This document shows, piece by piece, positions 58,701-64,000 of a stretch of DNA of 64,000 nucleotides; position 1 is the stretch's first letter, and every line of letters starts with the position of its first letter. Origin of the DNA: a virus (taxonomy: Duplodnaviria > Caudoviricetes); the IMG/VR virus record IMGVR_UViG_3300006151_000005, positions 1-64,000 of that record; one strand, given 5' to 3'. Under the pieces are notes generated by a model, which was given only the letters and a program-made list of their open reading frames with translations, was not told the origin of the DNA and ran no database searches. The translations under genes were made by a program, and so were the position numbers.

Positions 58701-61700
58701 CGCTTATCAAGTGCTTTAAGCTGCTGCTCGTAGTATTTATACAATGCGCTTGACTGGTCAACCTTTTGCATCTGCGAGTTGATAGACTTGCGGATTTCAG
58801 AAAATTCCTCGGTTGTTTTGGCGTTCTGAATCTGGCTTTCAAGGGCGGTCTTGATAGACTGCATAGCCTGACTCTGATTGCCTTTATTTCGGTTGTATTC
58901 GCCCACCATTAAGTCGTTTTTTAACTGACGATACAATCGCTTATCAACATCAGACATTGCACCCTCGCCCAACTGCGTACCATAACGGTCAATAAACTGC
59001 TGCAATAGTGCCGACTGCTCGGAATTAAGATGGTAGTTCTTGCCGCCCATCTTGAAATTGCTTCGTAGACGGGCGTTCCGTACAATCGCGTTATAGGCAT
59101 CCAAATCGGCTTTTGCCATCTTTGTGCCGGGAGTGATTTTGCCGTTCTTTCCATACTTGGCAAGAAGATTCTGCAAGGTCTGACGTTCTGCGCCGGTCGT
59201 ATTCAAGACCTGACCGCCCACATCACGGAGCGTAATCTTGATTTTGTCAAGTGTATTTAGTGCAATATCAAGATATTTGGTGTCAATGTAAGGCGTGGCT
59301 ACGGCGTTGTCAACGTCTTTCATCTTGTCTTCCGCTTGCGCTGCCTTAACCGACGTTTCATCCAGCGCAGTGTTGTCGGTTGTCGGCGTAGCTGACGATT
59401 CATCGACATCGCCAATCTTGCCTTCCGTTTGTTCGGCGGCTTCAAAAAGTTCATGTATGTTGATAGGGTCTGCCAAAGGTTTGACCGGTTTTGCATTGAT
59501 TTCATCAACCTCTTTCGATACCTTTGTCAGCTCCTCGGTCAATTTCTTGGAATCAAAGGTGGAATAATCAATTTCCGGCTGTGCCGCAGCCGCACGTTCA
59601 GCGGCATCCGCAGCGGCATTTGCTTGGGCTTGCGTCTTCTCGGTCAGTTTATCAAGCGTATTGGTTTTGTTAATAAGCTCGGAAACAAGTTTGGATGTAT
59701 CCTTGATGTCAAGAACATACTGCTCGGCAAATCCCATCTGTTTCGCCAGTGCCTTTGCATCCATGTTTGCGGTTTGGGCAATTTCCGTCTGCAAGCGGGC
59801 AATTTCTTGACGTGCCTTTACAGCGGCTGCGTTTTCAATCTTTTGACCATTCTCGGTATAGGTTACATTAGCGGCATATTCCTTTTCAGCATCCTCAAGG
59901 AGTTTGACCATTTCAGTAAGTTCAGCCTTTTTGTTTTCCACCGTACTTGCTATGGTGTCGGCCATAATCTTGGATACTTCGGCAGCTTCCCCGGATGAAT
60001 CGTTTTCAATGATTTCTTTCATTTCATCCTTGAAAGATGTAGTGGCGGCATCCTTTTCTTCCTGAATAGTTGCAAGACGATTGGCGGTCTGTCGTGCTTC
60101 GCCCTCTGCCAGAATCAGTTGGTTAAGCTGCGCACGGGCTTCATTTAACTGCTCAATCTTATCCTTTTCCTTGTCGATGTGGATACCGTATTCTTCCGCC
60201 ATCTTGATAAGCTCCTCTACGGCATCCTTGTGTACCCGGCTATCCTTGTTCACGGAGTTCATTACGGCGTATAGCGTATCGATGTTGTTTTTCAGCTTCA
60301 ACGTGGATTCGCCAAATCTTTCAGACATAGCGGATGATTCCTCAGCTTCGTCCTTAAACGACATAAATAGACCGATGACGGTTGTCAGGGCGGTAATTAT
60401 CATGCCGAAGGGATTGGTCATAAAAGCGACCTTGAGGCTATTCCATGCGTTCTTGCAGGCGTTGGTGGCCGCAGTCAGCGCATACTTTCCGATGGTCAAT
60501 GCTTTATCCTTTGCCGTGGCAAGTGCGGTCACGATTGTGCCGCGACTGGTTGCGGCGGTATTTACGTTTGTGGCCGCAGTATTGGCGGTGGTTGCGGTTG
60601 TTTCTCCAATGACGGCGGCTGTGGCGGTCTGTTTCTGCACGGCTTGCTGTGCGGTAATCGCGCCATTCAGTTCCTTTTCTGCTGTGTTTATACCCTCGGC
60701 TGCTGACTGCTGGGCGGTTATAGCGGAAGCCTGCTCCTCTACTGCCGCCATGTATTCTTCGGCGGCGGCTTTCTTATCGTCGGCATCGCCGGCGGCTTCT
60801 GCCATCTCCATCAGTTCTTTTGCAGACTCAACGCGCCTTTCCGCAGCTTCTACAAGTTGGTCGCTTGCGGCTTTCTGCATGTTCGCGCTTTCAAGTGCCG
60901 CCTGCTTTGTATCAACGAGTGCCTGTGCATAGTCGCGCTCATTCTGCAAGCGTTCAGCGGTATCATTCGTGATTATTCCGTTGGCATTGGAGTCGTTGAT
61001 GTCGGCATCAAGGCCACGCCCGGCTTCTTCGCGCTGGGTCTGCATGTCCTTGAGGTGCGTTTCATAGGTCTTCTGCGCCTCTTCTGCGATACGGCGTTCA
61101 TTCTCGGCGATGCGCTGCTGTTCCTGCTGCCATAAACGCCCCTGCTGGATTGAGTCGGCATACGTCTGGTCGATAGACCCTTCCTCAAGAGCCTTGCGTA
61201 TGTCATCGTCGTAACCCTCCATCATCTTGGCGTTCTGCATTTCCTGTATCTTGGCAAGTTCGGCATTGAAGCCATCCACGATGCCCTTTGAAGCGTCGAT
61301 AACGGATTGCTTGGCTGCGAAATTGGAAAGCATCACGGAGGTCTTGTAAACACCGAAAGCCGCCGCAGCGGTGGCGAGTACCGGAATGATTCTGCCGATA
61401 TTGTCAACAATAGTGGAAGCCGCGTCAATAACGCCCACAAGCGCACCCTCCATATTCTGACCCATGTCATTAAACATCAAGTCCATCGAGTCATTCAGCT
61501 TGGCGATTGCACCCGGTATGGTCTTCGATGCCGTTTCCGACATCTTGTAGTATTTGCCTCCCTCGCTTGTTGCGTCAAGAAAAGCCTGCTGAACCATCTC
61601 GGCTGAAATCTTGCCCTGCGACATTTCTCCCTTGAGCGCACCGATAGATTTGCCGGTCTTTTCGGATATGACCTGCAATGGCTGGAAGCCTGCGTTTACC

Positions 61701-62350
61701 ATCTGCATCAAGTCCTGACCCATCAGCTTGCCCGCTGCCGACATCTGCGAAAACGCAAGCGAAAGCGACTGAAAGCGGCGGGTATCGCCCATAGCAATAT
61801 CGCCGATAGCCTGCAAGTATCGCGGAACTTTGTCAGCGTCGATGCCGAAGCCGAGCATCATCTGTGCAGTGGAAACAGTAGGTGCAAATTCAAGCGGCGA
61901 TATTTTGGCAAACTCCTGTAATTCGGCGTTCAGCTTCTCGCCCTTACGCTTGCCAATCATCGTTTCGATAGATGCGTTCATCTGCTGGAACTGACCGCGT
62001 ATGCTTGTGATTTTGGTAAGGAACTCACCCAGACCATACACGCCGGCAAGACCGCCCACGGCCATCATCGGTCGCGTCAGTAAGTCCTGTATGCGGTTGA
62101 CCTCGGTAAATATTCCACTGAGGTTTTTCTTGATGCCAAATTCCATTTCCGCACCACTGCGCATTGCGGCCTGTGCAAGCTGACGATAACGCGCCGTGCT
62201 TTCGGCGAGTTTCTTGTTCAGTGCATCAATCGACGCGCCGGCCTGCCCCGGCCTAAAATTCTGAATTTGGGTCTTGGTCTTTGCGATTTCCTGTTGTAAA
62301 CGTATCAGTTCGGAGTAATCCGCATCTACGTCAAATGCTAAATATGGCAT
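55754..62350 (-). CDS. tail tape measure protein
   Basis: About 2200 aa, Ala-rich and helical; tape-measure domain (IGDIAMGD..LAFSQM..GQDLMQMVNAG). Confidence 0.92.
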   Translation of the reverse strand: MPYLAFDVDADYSELIRLQQEIAKTKTQIQNFRPGQAGASIDALNKKLAESTARYRQLAQAAMRSGAEMEFGIKKNLSGIFTEVNRIQDLLTRPMMAVGGLAGVYGLGEFLTKITSIRGQFQQMNASIETMIGKRKGEKLNAELQEFAKISPLEFAPTVSTAQMMLGFGIDADKVPRYLQAIGDIAMGDTRRFQSLSLAFSQMSAAGKLMGQDLMQMVNAGFQPLQVISEKTGKSIGALKGEMSQGKISAEMVQQAFLDATSEGGKYYKMSETASKTIPGAIAKLNDSMDLMFNDMGQNMEGALVGVIDAASTIVDNIGRIIPVLATAAAAFGVYKTSVMLSNFAAKQSVIDASKGIVDGFNAELAKIQEMQNAKMMEGYDDDIRKALEEGSIDQTYADSIQQGRLWQQEQQRIAENERRIAEEAQKTYETHLKDMQTQREEAGRGLDADINDSNANGIITNDTAERLQNERDYAQALVDTKQAALESANMQKAASDQLVEAAERRVESAKELMEMAEAAGDADDKKAAAEEYMAAVEEQASAITAQQSAAEGINTAEKELNGAITAQQAVQKQTATAAVIGETTATTANTAATNVNTAATSRGTIVTALATAKDKALTIGKYALTAATNACKNAWNSLKVAFMTNPFGMIITALTTVIGLFMSFKDEAEESSAMSERFGESTLKLKNNIDTLYAVMNSVNKDSRVHKDAVEELIKMAEEYGIHIDKEKDKIEQLNEARAQLNQLILAEGEARQTANRLATIQEEKDAATTSFKDEMKEIIENDSSGEAAEVSKIMADTIASTVENKKAELTEMVKLLEDAEKEYAANVTYTENGQKIENAAAVKARQEIARLQTEIAQTANMDAKALAKQMGFAEQYVLDIKDTSKLVSELINKTNTLDKLTEKTQAQANAAADAAERAAAAQPEIDYSTFDSKKLTEELTKVSKEVDEINAKPVKPLADPINIHELFEAAEQTEGKIGDVDESSATPTTDNTALDETSVKAAQAEDKMKDVDNAVATPYIDTKYLDIALNTLDKIKITLRDVGGQVLNTTGAERQTLQNLLAKYGKNGKITPGTKMAKADLDAYNAIVRNARLRSNFKMGGKNYHLNSEQSALLQQFIDRYGTQLGEGAMSDVDKRLYRQLKNDLMVGEYNRNKGNQSQAMQSIKTALESQIQNAKTTEEFSEIRKSINSQMQKVDQSSALYKYYEQQLKALDKRDKSKKGNKKGGSKDDPKQRAYELRKMQLEEERRTAELLQEERNNQRELEIAQLEDNSEKEIATIKFTAEKKRQALLKEAEREAQTLEKNALQEWLKGGKGRKEYQYYAQFSDEQLKKMREDWLTQAKDNIGFDTQSQLIDVNGSTDLEARFKEDFAAMRDYLKEFGSFQQKKLAIAEEYAEKIRNAQSEGERLALQRQQRAEEEQFESNAVMNQIDWYTVFDNVGVIMRGQLEPLYEQLQKYVKTESFRQSGAENQQTVIEAMESMRQQLGSNQSWQDLSSSLMAYQKALDELRIATENDTRVTAELSRLTQVQSEAQRNLERVRNNPETSPEQLRVAQEAYENATIAVNNYGATVANSNLALQQAQNTVKSSGMMLSQTAKNVIKPVSKIYTFLSNSGFSQLADLWDAFDSLKGAIDGLKGLSAFEEASKAITDLKDAAAEGAEAFASALEDSPQLIKDAMTKLELSFEDFSDSASGAADKLSSEITGVVSEAGDAVGEASQAVGSMAKGLGKAGLIAGLIASILKILDILKDGLGPLITAILDSILNAISGIIGNILNFKEGLFRQIGESLYKGILGIFKSIFTLGGWFDWWGNGESDKHLEEDIERLTATNEALRKAVYNLADEMRDAATADMGALYQQQKGDIEKAMKNTQEMMSRSGAAYSNGFLGVGGYKSSNHKINKGMSGDDWSRISAIVGKSVRSAGDFWNLTSEQMAKVAQSAPDLYAKIKGLADDGHKDAAQFMDEYIEYYKELEELENAFRESLTDVSFDSVKDEFKSMLLDMESDSEDFANNFEKMMQQAVINSLMNSKYNEKLKQWYEDFVAAMDDQDGLTAAEQERLKRDWDNIVGDAVNDRNNLKKAMGWDGSSEQQSSSRTLEGMSQDTGNAIEGRLTALQIAVESIRANENQHTLSLADMTDELLQIAMEYSRFNVHQDNIERQLAKIYIELQTISENTGAIVKPIQTMQADIAEIKKNTKNI

Positions 62351-62525
62351 GGCTGTTGAGTTGTTATTTTCAATCAGCCAATTTACCATGAAAGAGGGTG
62401 TTACACATTATTTTCCGCGCACGTATAACGTACTATCAGAAAAAAGTCGTAACTTTGTGCTTTGAAAGGCTAAAGGGTGTGCGCAGAAAGGGAATGATAA
62501 ACCAAATATCACCCCTACTGCCAAG

Positions 62526-62978
62526 ATGAACGAAAGTGCAAAAATCAACATTGGAAAGGTAGCAGCGTTGAAGAAGCTGCGAGAAAAAGTGAGCGAGCTT
62601 TCCGATGTAATGAAAGAATTGGGCGAGCCGATTCTTGATGACCTTGCTCTACTACCAGCAATCTACGAAGCATACAAACGTGTGTTCCAACGTCGCGGAT
62701 GCCCGGATGAAGCCACAAGCGTCCGCAACCGCAAGAAATTTCTCATGGTCGTGTTGTATCTCTATTCGCCGAAAGCACTCGCCGGCGACAGGATGCGCAT
62801 GGGATTACGAAAAAAAGTGTCGGAATTGTTCGGCTTGACTACAAGCACCCCAATATCCGACAACTGCGCGGGTCTTATCGTGCAATATCACGCTTATGCG
62901 GATTTCAGACGCGACGTTGACCTTATTTTCCAAGAGGTTCTGAATACTCTTGAAGATAAACTCATTGTTACTGACTAA
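62526..62978 (+). CDS. hypothetical phage protein
   Basis: RKKFLMVVLYLYSPKALAG; TAACTTTG upstream at about 62450. Confidence 0.7.
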   Translation: MNESAKINIGKVAALKKLREKVSELSDVMKELGEPILDDLALLPAIYEAYKRVFQRRGCPDEATSVRNRKKFLMVVLYLYSPKALAGDRMRMGLRKKVSELFGLTTSTPISDNCAGLIVQYHAYADFRRDVDLIFQEVLNTLEDKLIVTD

Positions 62979-63271
62979 ATAGCGGAATACGCCGGCATCT
63001 TGATAGCATCTGCCGGATAGCCTACCATCGCTAACGCCTCGGAAAGATAAGCATCCATATTGGCGATAGCGGTGCGCCCCGACATACCCAGTCGCCAGAA
63101 GTACGACTGATATTCTTCCATGCTTTGATTAAGGTCAAGATGATACTTGTCAAAAAGTCCCTTAATGACGGCGCAATCCTCGTATCGTTCAGTGGATAAG
63201 GCGTATTGGAAAATGACGGTCAAAATCTGATTGCCGTAATCCATCAGTGCCTTTTCAAACTTATTCTCCAT
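62975..63271 (-). CDS. hypothetical protein (UVR-like helix motif)
   Basis: ATG 63271 overlaps the XRE end; ERYEDCAVIK. Confidence 0.6.
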   Translation of the reverse strand: MENKFEKALMDYGNQILTVIFQYALSTERYEDCAVIKGLFDKYHLDLNQSMEEYQSYFWRLGMSGRTAIANMDAYLSEALAMVGYPADAIKMPAYSAI

Positions 63272-63560
63272 CGACGGGAACAACTTTAAGCTGCGCTCCG
63301 CATTTGGGGCAAAGGAACTCGTCCGCAGGTCTTTCTTTATTCGGCGCGGTGGCACGGATAGCGTCAAGCTCTTCATCTGACAAGAGCAGACTCCATGCCG
63401 GAACACCGAGGGCTTCGGCAATCTTCACAAAGGTTTCAACTTTGGGCATCGTGCCACGGATAAGCTGATTAAGACCTACGGTGGTCATGCCCAGTCTTTC
63501 CGCAAGGTCTTTCTGCGTCACACCGGCTTCAATGATGCGCTCTCTGATTCTGTTCTCCAT
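63261..63560 (-). CDS. XRE-family HTH regulator with C-terminal zinc ribbon
   Basis: RIRERIIEAGVTQKDLAERLG...PKVETFVKIAEALGV...CPKCG. Confidence 0.9.
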   Translation of the reverse strand: MENRIRERIIEAGVTQKDLAERLGMTTVGLNQLIRGTMPKVETFVKIAEALGVPAWSLLLSDEELDAIRATAPNKERPADEFLCPKCGAQLKVVPVDGE

Positions 63561-63673
63561 TTCCTATTTTTCGGGTTAAAGTAAACTGTTTGCAAAGTTA
63601 ACAAAAGAGGAATACAATTAAAGTATTCACTATGTTAAATAGTGTTAAGACAAAGCAAAAACTTATATTGTTA

Positions 63674-63705
63674 TTTGGTGGATTAAATTATTTACTTTAA
63701 CTTTG
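63674..63705 (+). promoter_or_regulatory. Bacteroidota promoter, divergent from the XRE promoter at 63593-63600
   Basis: TTTG-N20-TAACTTTG. Confidence 0.8.
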
Positions 63706-63740
63706 CATCGTAATCAATAACACCAATAAAAGTAAAAGGC

Positions 63741-64000
63741 ATGAAACTGATAACAAAAGCACTTGAAAAGACCTTTGCAAAATATCCCATGTATTCGCAG
63801 GATGGCAAAGGCAACGATGCGGTAGTAATCGCAAAATTCTTTCTGCCGGGTAGCGGCTTCACATGGTACGTCACAGAAGCAGAAAAGCAGGCCAACGGCG
63901 ACTACATGTTCTTTGGCTATGTAGAGGGCTTGGATAGCGAGCTTGGCTACTTCACACTATCGCAGCTTCAAAACGTGCGCGGTCGTTTTGGCTTGCGCGT
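63741..64000 (+). CDS. DUF2958-like protein (partial, runs off the window)
   Basis: MKLITKALEK...AKFFLPGSGFTWYVTE...FGYVEGLDSELGYFTLSQL. Confidence 0.8.
   Translation, partial: MKLITKALEKTFAKYPMYSQDGKGNDAVVIAKFFLPGSGFTWYVTEAEKQANGDYMFFGYVEGLDSELGYFTLSQLQNVRGRFGLR

Larger units (their letters stand above)
1..64000. mobile_element. Temperate tailed phage genome segment (Bacteroidales host), apparently non-integrated form
   Basis: Integrase, CI/Cro, tape measure, tail, holin/spanin, primase-helicase and DGR are present. No host housekeeping genes were seen. Promoters match the Bacteroidota consensus. Confidence 0.95.

Noticed and set aside
1-64000. CRISPR array, rRNA, IS transposase, capsid/terminase genes
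   Set aside because: No regularly spaced repeats or recognisable motifs seen; head genes presumably lie outside the window

Overview
The window is about 64 kb of a temperate tailed phage, probably a siphovirus of a Bacteroidales host. The host call rests on TTTG-N19/20-TAnnTTTG promoters and gene content. It appears to be in the excised (attP) configuration: phage genes flank a tmRNA-3'-end-like core next to the integrase. Modules from left to right: small early/accessory genes (dCMP deaminase, GNAT, SNF2-like helicase, VRR-NUC, XRE-HNH-ASCH cassette); an amidoligase plus glutamine amidotransferase pair; giant tail/adhesin genes; a diversity-generating retroelement (target VR, hairpin, Avd, TR, RT); holin and spanin; attP, integrase, CI/Cro and Xis; a tRNA-like RNA; recombination genes; a NAMPT + PRPS-like pair (NARP1-type NAD+ rebuilding); replication genes; three DNA methyltransferases; nucleotide-metabolism genes; and an inverted, isolated tape-measure/Dit unit. 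The most unusual observations are four. (1) The DGR 'template repeat' is adenine-depleted, looks like an already mutagenised VR, and is in frame with the RT. (2) A promoter- and terminator-bounded small RNA is antisense to a conserved 5' leader/start-codon motif of at least four phage genes. (3) A 175-nt tRNA-like RNA carries a large insertion in place of the anticodon arm. (4) A split C5 methyltransferase has many TRD-like repeats and poly-G tracts. All functional calls come from motif recognition by eye; no database searches were run.
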